The translations under genes and the position numbers were made by a program. From Octopus vulgaris (lineage: Eukaryota), in contig OX597820.1 in assembly GCA_951406725.2 (NCBI GenBank), forward strand, positions 62,930,001-62,994,000: 64,000 nucleotides of DNA, in the 5' to 3' direction. How positions within the stretch are numbered: the stretch's first letter is position 1; every line of letters starts with the position of its first letter. The notes under the pieces were generated by a model. That model did not search any database and was not told where the DNA came from. It saw only the letters and a list, made by a program, of their open reading frames with translations. This document shows positions 1 through 15,123 of this stretch, in pieces.

Positions 1-88
1 AAGACTTTCGCTTTAAAACATTCTCCAAGAAACCAAATCTAAAGATATATTTCGAAACCTACATACATACACACCTCAAGAAATCTGC

Positions 89-91
<3 letters not shown>

Positions 92-144
<53 letters not shown>

Positions 145-552
145 TACAAATGTACATACATATGCTTGCATACTGGTGTAGATATAGATTTATATAAGTA
201 AAAGGCATCACGCATACCACGACAAAAACTAACATAAAATACAAAAACGACAATGGAACCACAAACAAGAACAACAACAACAACAACAACAGCAACAACA
301 AGAACGACAACAACAAAAAGCGGCTATTATGACGAGGATTGGATGTAGAATTCAGTTAGATAAAAACAAAATCGTTTCTTTGATTTTCATTCAGAATCTT
401 CAACAATGAAACGCTATATTTGAATACTGATGCTGAGAAACACAGTCGATATGTGTGTGTGTTTTTGTGTGTGTGTGTATACGTAGATACATACATATAT
501 ACACATATATGCATATATATATACACACACACACACAAACACACACACACAT

Positions 553-607
<55 letters not shown>

Positions 608-661
608 TACATATACACATAGATATATATATACGTGTCCATATATATGTATGTATGTATG

Positions 662-749
<88 letters not shown>

Positions 750-1325
750 TATTGAGAGAGACATATACACAGACAGAGACACACATGGACACATATATAT
801 ATATATGTATGTATGTATATATATATATATATGTACGTACGTGTAGGAGTGTTCTGCGTTTTAACATGAATGTTTGTTTGCTTCAGCGTATCTATGGACA
901 TATCTTTCTGAACATTTTCCCTCAAATGCATTTGATGTATAAATAAACACATGCACATGCACGTACAAGCATGCTCAAAAGTACATACTCATTTATTCAG
1001 AGGCACACACAAATAAATGTTCCTGTCCACATATGTTTATATATAAATACAATTATATTTGTTATATAGTATATTCCTACAGAGGAAATAATACAAAATT
1101 CGATCTGTATACTCCTAAAACATGTTATATCACCCTTTTTTTATATTATACACGATACATTACAATTAGACAGTTATACACTAATACAAATATACATAAA
1201 TACGTGTGTGTGTAGAAGGTGGTTAGTTGTATATATATATATATATATATATCATATTTATATATATGTGTGTGTGTGTGTGTGTGTCTGTGTGTGTGTG
1301 CCTGTGTCTGTGTGTGTGCGTGTGT
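92..1325. repeat. Compound microsatellite region (TA)n/(CA)n/(TG)n/(AAC)n
   Basis: Visible simple repeats; similar tracts recur throughout, e.g. 6465-7390, 8850-10040, 10425-10665, 14655-14783, 26238-26970, 54783-55170. Confidence 0.95.
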
Positions 1326-1730
1326 ATACTCTTTACTCTTTTATTTGTTTCAGTCATTTGACTGCGGCCATTCGGAAGCGCCGCCTTTAGTCGAGCAAAT
1401 CAAACCCAGGACTTATACTTTTGTAAACCTAGTACTTATTCTATAGGTCACTTTTGCCGAACTGCGAAGTTACGGGGACATAAACACATCACCATCGGTT
1501 GTCAAACGATGTTGGGGAGACAAGCACAGACGCACAAACACATAGACACACATACATATACATATATACGACGGGCTTGTTTCAGTTTCTGGCTACCAAA
1601 TCCACTCACAAGGCTTTTGGTCGGCCTGAGGCTATAGCAGAAGACACTTGCCCAAGGTACCAAGCAGTGGGACTGAATCCGGAACCATGTGGTTGGTAAG
1701 CAAGCTACTTACCACACATCCACTCCTGCG

Positions 1731-1733
<3 letters not shown>
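1325..1733 (-). mobile_element. SINE family A (tRNA-like head, internal CA/TA microsatellite), full length
   Basis: Minus-strand head aggcgcaggagtggatgtgtggtaag...ggattcagtcccac has A/B-box-like motifs; 3' end ...ggccgcagtcaaatgactgaaaca followed by (taaaagag)-like repeats; many homologous copies in the window. Confidence 0.85.
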
Positions 1734-2205
<472 letters not shown>

Positions 2206-2425
2206 TATATATAAACACATAAAAACACACATTCACACACATGCATATACAGACACACGCGCACACACCCACACATACACACACACACACACGCACAAAT
2301 AGATAGATGCAGTTTTACATTTTACTTGTTTTAATATTTATTCCACCAGATCTATGCATTACGTTGTAGAGTAAATCGTGAAAATTCTTCCTCAATGCTT
2401 ATTTTACGTTTTGTACCTTTTTCAG

Positions 2426-2488
2426 CGATCTCATTTGCAAACCGCTAAGTAACAGACAGGCACACAAGCCAAAACATGTTCGGCGGCG
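2426..2488 (+). other. Candidate 63-nt exon
   Basis: Acceptor ttttgtacctttttcag, donor CG|gtaagg; one stop-free frame (DLICKPLSNRQAHKPKHVRR); no homology recognised. Confidence 0.3.
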
Positions 2489-3479
2489 GTAAGGACACAT
2501 ATGAATACAAAAGCATACCATCACACACACAAATATATTCATGCGCACGCACTTAGACACACACGCATACACGTAATTCGCACAGTTCCACACGAATGTA
2601 AACACACATAGATATATATTTACATTGGTAGCTGCATTTATATATAAAGATATATACCCTAATCCTAATCACTCACATATATAATCTTACAAATACGTAA
2701 AACCTGGAATATGAAACTTCACTCACAGCTTACATCATTTACCAGGTGTGCTTTAATAGTATTTTAAACAAGGTGTTATAACATAGTCAATCACAATCTT
2801 CACTTGATAAGTTTTCTTTTGAACTTTAGAATTTCCTGTAATAGCTAATTCTCTTTCTTTGAATCTCGATAAATGTATCGACTTACAAATTAAAGAATAA
2901 TAATAAGGGTCGTACAATTTTCTAATGTATAGCATTGTTTAATATGAGTTTTTGTTAAGCAGTGAATGTCTTTAATCGTAGATACCACTAAAATATAGGC
3001 TGATCAAGTGGAACAGGATTTGGGTTTGGAAAATCTATGCCTAATCAAGTTTAACTGGAGAATCCACAGAATAACATCAACACCAACCAGTTCGTATTTC
3101 TCTGTGAAAGAAGGATTTAAATTGTCAACAGTGTATTTTTGTCCGAGAAGCAGAAAGAATGCATTTAAATATCAAATAATTTATTTTTCGGTATTTCAGA
3201 TTTACCCAATTGGAGGGGCAATCCGGAAGCATCAGATTCAAGTTCAAAGCATGGCCATAAACTAACACAAACACACAGACTAACCATGATTTATGTCAAT
3301 ATTATTCTCGTTGGGCTGTTATCTTAATTTTTATTCTGTCGACATTTAGTTTGTCTGTTACACCGCGTTCCAATAATTCCTATCGTAGCAGGAAAATTTA
3401 CATCGAGTTGCTATCGCTTTACAATGACTGATAAATAACTTTGAAGTGAAAGTAAGGGATCCGTGAGAAGAGGCGACTA

Positions 3480-3812
3480 GAGGTATCAGGTTATAAAGCA
3501 AGACATATTTCGGACCTGATTTATAAAGCAATATAACAAAGTGTGATGCTCCAATAGTTTATAGATAGTCTCATGCAGTGCACATACCCTTTCGCCTTGG
3601 CCACAAGACAAATAGAAGCTATCTGCCAATCTTTTCCAATGGAAGGTGGTAGAGTGGTCTTCCCAACAGACTCAGCAGATAGCCGAAAAATTCCTATATG
3701 TGCAGCAGCTGTTTGACATAAACCAATATGTTGTCAATCCCAAGCACTGTACAAATCCCTACATGACATTTTCGGTTGTCTGCGCACACCTCAGACATAT
3801 CTGACTGCCAGG
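3480..3812 (-). mobile_element. Degenerate LINE (L1/Tx1-like) C-terminal fragment
   Basis: Minus-strand translation ICLRCAQTTENV...FVQC resembles the CxxC...H...C knuckle at the end of LINE ORF2; contains stops. Confidence 0.35.
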
Positions 3813-6459
3813 ATGTGGATGAAACCAACAGTGATTATGGCAACGGTGATGATGATGGTGGTGGTGAGGAGGGGGAGGAAAAGGAGGAGGATAATGATGA
3901 TGATGATTATGGACCTGATGGTGTTGTTATTAATCTGTTACACCTCTACTCCTGAGCAATTTACAGCTAAAACATCAAATGCCCTGCACATGGAATGTTT
4001 ATTTCTTTCACATCGCGATGTTTCACATCCTGGTTGTACTTTAAAAATGACAGTAATTTAAATTAAGAACGTCAAGAACTCAACACGTAGCGTCGATCTT
4101 GTTCAGTTCGAGGAAACGAGAAAAGGGCTTATGAAAAGTCTCTCAAATCGCACTTTACCGACTTATAGAAATGAATATGTTGGTTAATATATTATATTAA
4201 CCGTCACAGAAGAAACAGACGTGAAGGTCATAGTTGGAATACTTTAGATGATATGCTTGTTGCATCAGGGATAACATCGGCCTAATGTACAACAACAATA
4301 ACAACAGCATCAGCAACAACAAAAACCATTAGTACAACAAATAAAACCCAAAAGGACATAACATTCCGGCTACACCATAACATGTACTTTAATTGGGTAG
4401 AAGCTAAAATAATATACCTACAGATTAAAGAAATTTCATAAACTAAAATTAAACTCGACTTGAAGAAAAATTCGAAATCATAGAATGAATGATTAATTGT
4501 ACTCATGTCAAAGAATATAGAGCAAATACACCGACAATTAAATTAGTTTAATTAATTAAACATGAAACACAGAGGACGGGGTGGATTTGTTTGTTGGTTA
4601 AATGATGACAAATTCGGGCATCTTTTGCATGTGAACGAAGATTTAGTTAACAAGAGAAAAATATTAGGGTCACTTCTTTCTTAGATAACAAATAGAAAAT
4701 TGGGCCTAAGACACCAATACATGATGCCGGGTGTGTTGAAACGAAAGCAACAAATCGAAATACAAATATATCATTTGTTAACAAGTGCAGCGCACCAACC
4801 GTACTAACGACTGCGGTTGATGCTATTTGTATGGTAGCAGTTACAACACCAGTGTAATCACCTGTTCTATGGGGAATCTTATGTGACTGGCTTTTGTTGA
4901 ATGATTGAGTTCGACACTGCTTTCGTCTTTAGAGTTTCCTGCCTTGATGTAGGTCCATCTAGGATCTTGAATAGCAGAAAGTTAAGTTGTTCCTTGAAAC
5001 GTAATATTCATTTTGGTGTTGCGTTTATTGTTGTAATTTAGCTCCGGCTAGCTCCTAACTCTCATCAAAAGGTCCAAGCTCGTGGTAGGATCTCCCATGG
5101 TAGACAGGTCAAAGGAAAGAACAACAATATCACATAGGTAAATATAGTTATACGTAGGCCCATCAGTCCTAGAAAGAAAAAAAAGCAAACTGACAGAAAT
5201 ATTAACGTCAATTCTAAACCAACAAAGCTCTGGAGAGGAAGGCCTTACCTCAGAGAAGCCTATGGCCGAAAGTGATGTGGAAGAAAGGATAGCCTTAAAA
5301 TTGCTGAGTCTGAGCTAAGAAGGTAGGGATACAAAATTGAAGTTAGCGGAAATGACAGCCAAGAGTCGGGAAAAGTGGAGAAAATTGTTGATAAACTATG
5401 CTTCATAGGGAGCAAAGGGCTTAAGCAAACAAGTGCCCTAATTGAGCAAAAAAATAATGAAAAGCTTTCAAGCATTTCAGGTATATAGAACTGTATAATT
5501 ACATATCTTCCTTTATTTAAGAGGCTCAGAAATGGGGTTTGTTCTCGGGATTTAGTTGCAATCCGTGAGCATATAGAAGTCATTCTCATATAATATCATT
5601 TGACACCACCATGTCCCAATATAAGACCATGGTCTCTCATAGGCAATATAGATATGGCTGTTCCCTTTTTGTGTTGCAGTGAGGCTTCTAAAATGCTGTA
5701 GAATATAAAAAGGAGCTAGAGCAACACCTGAAACCAAATTTTCAGTACATCAAGTTATACACCTGAGATATACTACTTTTGTTGTTGTTCTTGATGTTTA
5801 TGTTGTTGTCGTGCTAGTTCTTATAATGACACATGTGGCTGCCTTACCGATGCTGTCGTTGATGTTGTTGCTCTGCTACATTTCCTACAACCAGTTGTTA
5901 TGGAGTTGTTCCCCCACGCCCGCTACATTTTTATCTGAAGCTCTTCTCCTAGGTTATTTTTATATTGTTATTGTTGGTGTTGTTGTTGTTGTTGTTGAAT
6001 ATGAAGTAGGTTTTTGATATTGTCAATGTCATTGAAGTTCTAATAGTTGTCATAGTTCCTGTTATTATTGTAACATAATTATTGTAATTTTAGTTATCTT
6101 TGCTAGTGCTGTTCTCTCTCCTGGCGTCCTTAGATTTCTTCTTGTTGTTACTGTTGTTGTCATTACTAGGTTTGTTGTCCATGTTGTTGCTGCAAGCAAC
6201 GAAATTGTTGCTGTTTAACATTTCAAATATGAAGATAAGGATCATATCTGAAGCTATTAACTCACTGGATTTGGTCTGTAATTTGAAATATTTCAAATGG
6301 AACATCAAATATTGAGGCGTGTATATATTTGTATGCATTAGAAAATGTAAAGTTATATGCGTGTTACTCATGAGTACAACTGTATGCCTTCGATTAAACT
6401 TATAAATATTTAACCATGGTCGTATAAATAGGTAGTGTGTATTCATAAGTGTATAAGTG

Positions 6460-6507
<48 letters not shown>

Positions 6508-6552
6508 ATATGTGTAATTATATATATATATTTACACACACACACACACACA

Positions 6553-6599
<47 letters not shown>

Positions 6600-6783
6600 T
6601 ATATATGTGGCTGTGTATATATATGTATACATATATGTGTGTATTTGTGTGAACATGTGTATGTGTGAAAACCCATATATATATAAATTTGTGCGTATGA
6701 ATATAAATTTATAAATCTACACACTCACGCGCACATACATGCTTATAAAGATAGAGAGCTCTGTAATATATACATATATATAT

Positions 6784-6826
<43 letters not shown>

Positions 6827-7063
6827 AACAGGCAAACACACATACGAATATATATGATGACATTTAGTGGAATATGTTCCTTGAGGTATAGCATGTTTCA
6901 TTCGATGAAAAGTAGTTTTCAAAATAAGCGAAAATGTATGTCGTCTCCTTTGACGTTTGTTAGTTGGAAAGAAGTGACACACACAGGGACAGCTTACATT
7001 GCGCTGTAAATGTGTGCGCACAAGCCTCAGTCCACAACGAGGCTCATAGACACATGTACACTC

Positions 7064-7125
<62 letters not shown>

Positions 7126-8077
7126 CTCTATCTATCTATCTATTTATGTATTTATGTATCTACCTATCTATCTATCTATCTATCTATCTGTCCATCTTTC
7201 TACCTCTCTCTCTCTCTCTATCTATCTATCTGTATGTATGTATGTATGTATGTATGTATGTATGCATGTATGTATGTATACGCACATAGACATACAGCCA
7301 TTCACATACAAGCATACACGTATGCACACACCCTCTTGCACGCGCTCTGACACATACACACTCACACACACACGCACACACATATCTCATGTGGTGTGTT
7401 ATTTTCCTGCATCCACCTATTATTTGACTATGATAAATGTTAAATATTAAATAATAGCTACATACATACGTGGGTGTGTGTGTGTGTGTGAGGGGGGTTG
7501 TCTTTGTGTATATGTGTGTCTGCAATCCCTAAAAGCTCCGGGGTGTGCACTGCTTTAAGCCCCTGTCATGTTAAGCATTTTTGTAATTTTCCTTCAATTT
7601 TGGTAGTAATGGTAACGGAATAATCCCTCACAAGATATATTGTATACTATAAGCATGTTATACATGGTTGTCCATATAGTATATATGTTAATAACTCTAC
7701 TTGAAGGCATGTCATATACCAAGACTTTTAAGAAAGTATTTTTATCATAAGCATTTATATAGTCTAACTGCAAAATAATGTCCGTGTACTGAACATGGTG
7801 ATTTGCAAAGGCTATCTCAACAGATATTCAATAGAAATTATAGCCAAAAATGATTCTTTTTGTGATGTTTCGTATTCGAAACGCTGGATGTAAACGAAGG
7901 ATGAGATCGAACTTGAAAAATGCGTAATTGGTGTCTATGCCATAAATCGGGAGTTTTTATTCCCTCATCAACACCCATCTACAGCGCGATGGATCGATCT
8001 CACCTGTAGGGGATCGATGCAGGACATTTCGAAACGATCACAGTGAGCTATAAATTTCCCCGTGTATTCTCTTTTCT

Positions 8078-8385
8078 GTGCAGGCGCAGTGGCCCAGTGG
8101 TTAGAGCATCGGACTCGCGGTCGGAGGATCGCGGTTTCGATTCCCAGACCGGGCGTTGTGTGTGTTTATTGAGCGAAAACACCTAAAAAGCTCCCCGAGG
8201 CCCCGGCAGAGGGTGGTGGCGACCACTGTTGTAGTCTTTCGCCACAACTTTCTCTCACTCTCTCTTCCTGTTTCTTGAGTAACGCTGCGATGGACTGGCG
8301 TCTGTTCTTCCTGGTGGGAACGCATACGCCACAGAAACCGGGAAACCGGGCCCATGATCCTGGCTAGGCTTGAAAAGGGTGACGA
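8078..8385 (+). mobile_element. SINE family C head with tail type 1
   Basis: Head ggcgcagtggcccagtggttagagc...ggtttcgattccc; degenerate TSD attctcttttctgt (8066-8079) / attctattttccgt (8386-8399). Confidence 0.85.
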
Positions 8386-9243
8386 ATTCTATTTTCCGTC
8401 TTTGTTATTTGTTATATGTGCGTGTGTGAATGTGTGTGTATGTGAGTGTGTGTGTGTATACATATTTATGTACCCCTGTATCAGATCAGGAATCTCATCG
8501 TATGCAGAAGAGACCTGCTGCTAGTCCCATGTACTCATGGCTCTCCCACATGAGTAACTTGCCACTGTTCTTGTGACAAGAGTGTCGACACAACCCAGCA
8601 GGATTCCAAAAACAAGATCTGTCGAAGGACGGATAAGTAACTTTGGGGACAACCGCCTTCCAGTTGTGGAACGAAATTACAAACAACCCGCAATATCTTT
8701 TTACCAACAAAACACAATACGAAGGTAAGAGAGAAGCAACGCCATGATTTCATCCGCGGTTAATCAGGTAGACTAAATTTGAAGCGCTATCAACGCGCTG
8801 CAGAAAGCATACAATACCTAACGTGGGTGACCTTTCTTATTGCATTTTACATGTGTGTGTTTATACGCATTTATATGCGTATATGTATATAAATGTGCAG
8901 TTATACATATACATATACATATATATAAATGTGCATATATACATATACATAAGAAAAAAACGGTGTTGTATGTTTAATCAAATAGAATTGCACGAAAGAA
9001 ATCGTCCAAAATATTCTAATGAGAGTTGAAACTAATCGTATAGTTTATTGGATATTTAGTTTCCGTATTCTTTTGGTTATCTGTGAAATTCAAACAACAC
9101 TAACTATTTTTTCACTAAAAATTCTGTATATGGCTTCTCTTGTGATATTTAATCCTAAGAACAGTTTGATCAATATCTTGTCTTATTTATGTGTTTATAT
9201 GCATGTACTTATACGTATATATATATATAGGTGTTTATATATG

Positions 9244-9312
<69 letters not shown>

Positions 9313-9656
9313 ATATATGTGTATGTATGTATGCGTGTTTATGCGGTATATGTATAAAAGCATTCTTGCATATATACATATACATAAATAAACATACATC
9401 AAGGTTTGTATATATACACAGAAACGTGTGCAGTTATACGCATGTACATATATATGTATAAATGTGTGTGTTTATACGCATGTATATGTGTATATGTATA
9501 TAAATGTGTATTTATACGTACATATATGCATATATATAAATATGAATAAATATATACATATATATAAATATATGTATATATATATTTATATACACACATA
9601 CGCATATATATATATACATACATATATATATGCATAAACGTGTGCAGTTGTACGCA

Positions 9657-9711
<55 letters not shown>

Positions 9712-9984
9712 GTGTGTATGTTATATATATGTGTGTACATCTCTGAATATATATATAAGTATGGATGCATATATGCATATATATATAGAGATATATATAC
9801 CTAAACGCATGTATTTATACGAGAGTGTATATATATATAAATGTTTGTGTTTATACGGGTGTATATGTGTATCTGCACATACATGTGCATTTATACGTAC
9901 ATATATACACATATCTAAGTATGAATATATATATACACACATATAAATATATATATACATATATTTATACACACACACACGCAC

Positions 9985-10026
<42 letters not shown>

Positions 10027-10541
10027 ATACATACACACAAAGAAATACTAGACATACACACTTGCTGACAAATTTCTACATACATATTTACATTCTAAGC
10101 ACCAGTGTAACCCCAAATGTAATCAATAAAATTTCCCTAAATCTCCTCTCCTTAGCTACCCAAAAACCTACGCACCGCACCACTCAAACTCACACATTCA
10201 ATGAAGATTCTAATGCAACAGAGACTATATAAAATCAAGACCAATTCTAATATATATAGCAGACCAACAATGGCTTAACTATTCGCAACATCGAAGTCAC
10301 TGTCAATAATATTCCAGTTTAAAGAGTAATAAATTTGTACTTCTGTGAAATTATAGAAAAGCCCATCAGATTAATATGAAAGTGTCTTTTATTATAACTG
10401 AACATAAGAACAAACATTTTCACACACAAGCACACACACACACACACACACGCACAGACACGCACAGACACGCACAGACACGCACAGACACGCACATATG
10501 AATATAATATATTCGAACAAACATATATATATGAGTGTGTG

Positions 10542-10655
<114 letters not shown>

Positions 10656-10698
10656 TATACATATTTGTGTCTGTATATACTATTTCGTCTAAACGTAC

Positions 10699-10901
10699 CG
10701 CTCTCTGTTCGTCTCTTTACTCCTCGACGGTGTTAATCCCCTTGTTGCTGCGCTAGCCACTTTGCTCAATACAATACATTCTCACAACTGCATCACCGTT
10801 GTGACATTTGAACGTAGAGCACCGATTCACCCTTTTATTTTTCTGAACTCATTCACTGAGAGAAGTTCAATCTGAATATCATCCATATTGATCACAACAT
10901 C
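10699..10901 (-). other. Candidate non-coding or UTR exon
   Basis: Non-repetitive island with acceptor attttatatttttgcag and donor CG|gtacgt; the first frame stops after 24 codons. Confidence 0.25.
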
Positions 10902-11559
10902 CTGCAAAAATATAAAATGTCGTTTATATAGAATGTTTTAGAGATGTGTCCAGTGCGCTTTTGTCTTCTTTTTCTAATATTATTTCTCTTTAGTTTCTTT
11001 TTAAACATTCCAATTATTTTATTAGTTTCCCAGTTTCAGGTTCTAGCAGTTTTTCTAGTGCTGTCCATTCAAGATCTCTTTCTAAATTATAATGACCGCG
11101 GTACTTCAAATGGTGGGTATTCTATTAATCTATAATGATCAGAATTTTGAAACTAACTATATTTACTAATTCATATTTTTTTACTGATCAAAACAGCATT
11201 TATTGATTAAACATATATGCAACCATTTATGTTTGCTACCTTCCTAATTTTATTATCTACAAATTTTCACCAATGGAAATACCGCCGGTTGCTAGTCTAG
11301 AATCAAGGGTCCTTCATTAAAATTTGTAAAGGAAACCACGGCCTCAGTTCCACACAGAAACTGACACAGACACAGATATAGATTCACGCATACGCATACG
11401 CACACGCACACATATATATATGTGTGAGTGTGTGTGTGTATGTGTGTATATGTGTGTGAATATCTATTTATACACACATACAATCGTGTGTGTGTGTTTG
11501 CTTGTATAAGTATGTGCATATGTATGCCTATACATACGTGTATTGCACATATCGGAATA

Positions 11560-11950
11560 GATATAGATGGTGTTGCAAATGAGGACCTTGTGAATGTAGA
11601 ATTTTTAAAACTCTTTAAACGCTTGACAGTTTGTGGCTGTAACCGTCTACATAGATGTGTTCTCTCTGGATTTGTGCATGCCATATTTTCTAGATGTTCA
11701 CAGGGCTGTTACTGAGGCAACAAAGTGTTAATATTGGTGTAGATTTATATCTTAAGTTCTGATGGCGAAACTGCATATTTCTGATCAGTTCAGTATATAT
11801 GTTCTCTGTATCATAAGAGAATGTTTTTATCTTCTGGGCAGAACCATATTACTTGCATATTTTAAAAATCTTGTTTTTGAATTCTACTAGTAGACATCGT
11901 CGAATATATATGATGAGACATTCAAAAGCTGTTTGGATCGATGTTAAGCT
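11560..11950 (-). mobile_element. Highly decayed R4-like non-LTR retrotransposon fragment
   Basis: Sequence near 11915-11950 translates SIQTAFECLII, similar to SVQTSFECRMV of the 12010-13480 element. Confidence 0.35.
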
Positions 11951-12009
11951 TCTGTCTTTCTGTTTGTCTGTCTGCATGTATGTATGTCTCTTCTATTTTT
12001 TAATTATTA

Positions 12010-13480
12010 TAATCTTCCACTGAGGAGGAACCGGTTTCCAAAACAGATAAAAGGCTCCATATTTGGGATGTAGTTAATACAGTCGAATTTCCATTTGGAA
12101 TTTCAGAAAAGTCTTGCATATTTTTACTTTTCTACTCACAGATTGGGCTTTCAATGTACGTATCAGCCGATCAGCTTCTCTTTCTGAAAATCCCAATTTA
12201 TCCAGATTATCATTTAGGCATTTACTAACAAAATCTAGTGCTCTGATTATTATTGGTACGAATATGAATTCCTAGTTTGGATATAGAAGCTGGAGGTTTA
12301 GAAGCAGTTGTCCATAGGTACCCTCTTTTTCTTTGATTTTTAAAGAGATATTTATATATGCAGGGTAGTTAGCCTCTAGGGTGGTACATACCTTTGCCCC
12401 TCTGTCCCAAACAACAATATCAGGCCTGTTATGCTTACATTTGACAGAAATTTTGATGGGAATAATCCACCAGTATTCCTTAGTGTTTATGAATGTATTC
12501 CATAACAGGTATTTTCTAAGTTTATTTCAGGACAGTCTTTTTTGCGGATGGCATTGTAGATTGTTTTAGCAACAACATCGTACCGCATAAGGGGGTAGTA
12601 CCGTGACGACATTTTAGGATAGCTGCTAATCATATGCGTAATGTCTTCCACACTCTCATGCGGTTTCACCTTGGGATTAGAAGAACGTCACTGTCTCTCT
12701 TGTTCACCAGGTACTTTGTGGAAATCTGTTCCTGGAATGCAAATGTGAAGCCTTCAAAGTGTGATGTAGTATAGTCTCGTGGCCGAGAGAGGCTGCGCTT
12801 CGTGTCAATTCCACTGTCTACTTCAAGCTTCCGGGCAACATACCCATGCCCGGTGACATACCCATGTATGGTGACTGCTTTCCATTCAGGTCTCTGGTGT
12901 ATGAGAGTTCAGCTGTTTTGGGGCTGTATAGGAGATTATCAGGAAGAAAGTGCATGTTGAGGATTTCACTGCCAACTCGTACAATGTTGCTCACTTCACT
13001 TTTTAGGACTGCATTGATATGTCTATCTTTTGCTGCTGTTGCTTAGCGGGTGTTGCCTGAGTGATACCATACGGCATTCGAAAGATGTCTGAACTGATCT
13101 CAAGCCTGTACCACCTTCATTTCTTCTTTGGTAAATCCTGTCAACATCACTGATTCTGTGGAAGTTCCCAGTTGTTGTAACGATTTTAAGTGTTTTGATA
13201 TCTATGGAGTGGATTTCCTCTACAGACCAGTCAAGTATCCTAAATGTTGTGATTAGCACTGGTACTGCATTGTGGAATATTGTTTTGTGTAAAATGAGAG
13301 TTCCAACTGCCATATTTTCCAAAGTCTGGTGTAATATTCTCGGGTCATTGTATCTTTATACACAGTGCCTTCATATGATACATTTTCGTCTATGCTTAGG
13401 TACTTGTAACATTCAATGTGTGAAATGGGGGAGATAGAGAGGCCGTTGATGCACAGATTTGGGGTTTGGGGTACTGACTT
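12010..13480 (-). mobile_element. Decayed R4-clade RLE non-LTR retrotransposon (RT C-terminus, Zn knuckle, restriction-like endonuclease)
   Basis: ORF fragments ILDWSVEEIHSIDIKT...DVDRIYQRRNEGGTGLRS, EDITHMISSYPKMSSRYYPLMRYDVVAK and HNRPDIVVWD; frameshifts and stops. Confidence 0.8.
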
Positions 13481-13759
13481 TCCATATGTATTGTTGTATG
13501 TATGTATTTATGTATGTATGTATGTATGTATGTATGTATGTATGTATGTATGTATTTATGTATGTATGCACCCTTGTTCTTTTTGACCGGCTACATGCTT
13601 AGTAGCTCTAAGATTGTGAAGGAAAAAACATATTTTATACCCCATTCTTTAAATCAAAAAAAAAAAGAAGAAAAGATCTTGAAGATTTTCATTGACAAAG
13701 GTATCATGACCATTTGTTGTGTATGAATTATAGATTAGCATTTTCTTCCTTAGAACCGA

Positions 13760-14180
13760 AGTTCAGTCATGTTTTGCTCGGTCGGGTTGGTCCGTATTCT
13801 GCAGCTTCAATAAAATAGATATGAAGCTGAACGTATATCCTCGGCACTGGTTTTGGAACGTCTTTATCACTGACCCATCTATGACTCCTTCCTCATATAT
13901 ATTTTTCCTAGCTACATTAGTATACAGAATGCAGTTTGTCCTCACAACTTATATTTTTCTTATACTTCCACACAACGATATCTGTGAGATCGCGTATTAA
14001 TTTAGTGCCTCTTTTAATATTTGACTTACCTAGTATTCTTTTGACACATCGGTCTCAATAAAGCCCACTCCGCCGCTTATATATTTGTCAGTGTTTTACA
14101 AATTCTTCAGGCTACATTACCATTTCTATTGGAAAGACCTTCGCTTACACTTGGCAATAAGGCGGTTGCTGTCTTCAGTC
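13760..14180 (-). mobile_element. Older R4-like endonuclease fragment
   Basis: Minus-strand translations DIVVWKYK and FQNQCRGYTFSFISIL parallel the RLE C-terminus of the neighbouring element. Confidence 0.4.
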
Positions 14181-14218
14181 CTCGCATCTATGTGTATATG
14201 TATGTATTAATTTGAAAC

Positions 14219-14350
14219 CGTGTGGCCTATTTGTTCATTGGATGCTGCATTCATGTTCGCTAGACTGCAGGTTCAATTTCTGAAGAAAGCAGTGCGTTGT
14301 GTTCTTAAGCAAAACGCTTCATTTTACATTGCTCCAGTCCACTCTGAGAC
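14219..14350 (+). mobile_element. Degenerate SINE B-like head fragment
   Basis: ggttcaatttc...gttgtgttcttaagcaaaacgcttcattttacattgctccagtccactc matches the family B 5' part. Confidence 0.6.
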
Positions 14351-14444
14351 TGACTAGTGATGATCGATCACACACATACACAAACACACACACACACACA
14401 CACACACACAAATATATATATATATATACATATATATATTATAT

Positions 14445-14784
<340 letters not shown>

Positions 14785-15123
14785 GTGAAGGCGCATCATG
14801 GCTCAGTGGTTAGAGCATCGAGCTTACGATCGTGTGATTGTGAGTTCGAATTCCGGACCGGGCTGTGTGTTGTGTTCTTGAGCAAGATACTGTATTTCAC
14901 GTTACCCCAGCTCATTCAGCTGTAGAAATGAGTTGCGACGTTACAGGTGCCAAGCTGCATCGGCCTTTGCTTTTCCCATGGATAACACTGGTGGTATGGA
15001 GAGGGGATGCCGGTATGCATGGGAGACTGCTGGTCTTCCATAAAGAACATTGCCCGGACTTGTGCCTCGGAGAGTAACTTTCTCGGTGTAATCACATGGT
15101 CAGTCATAACCGAAGGGGGTCTC
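14785..15123 (+). mobile_element. SINE family B
   Basis: Homologous to 1783-2108; inserted in (TA)n. Confidence 0.88.

Noticed and set aside
59-958. Long ORFs rich in YI/CV/HT dipeptides, here and throughout the window
   Set aside because: Translations of (TA)n, (TG)n and (CA)n microsatellites, which lack stops; no protein signal
8484-8723. GC-richer island ending in AG|gtaaga, possible coding exon
   Set aside because: Stops in all three plus frames and no recognisable motif; cannot be told apart from an old repeat
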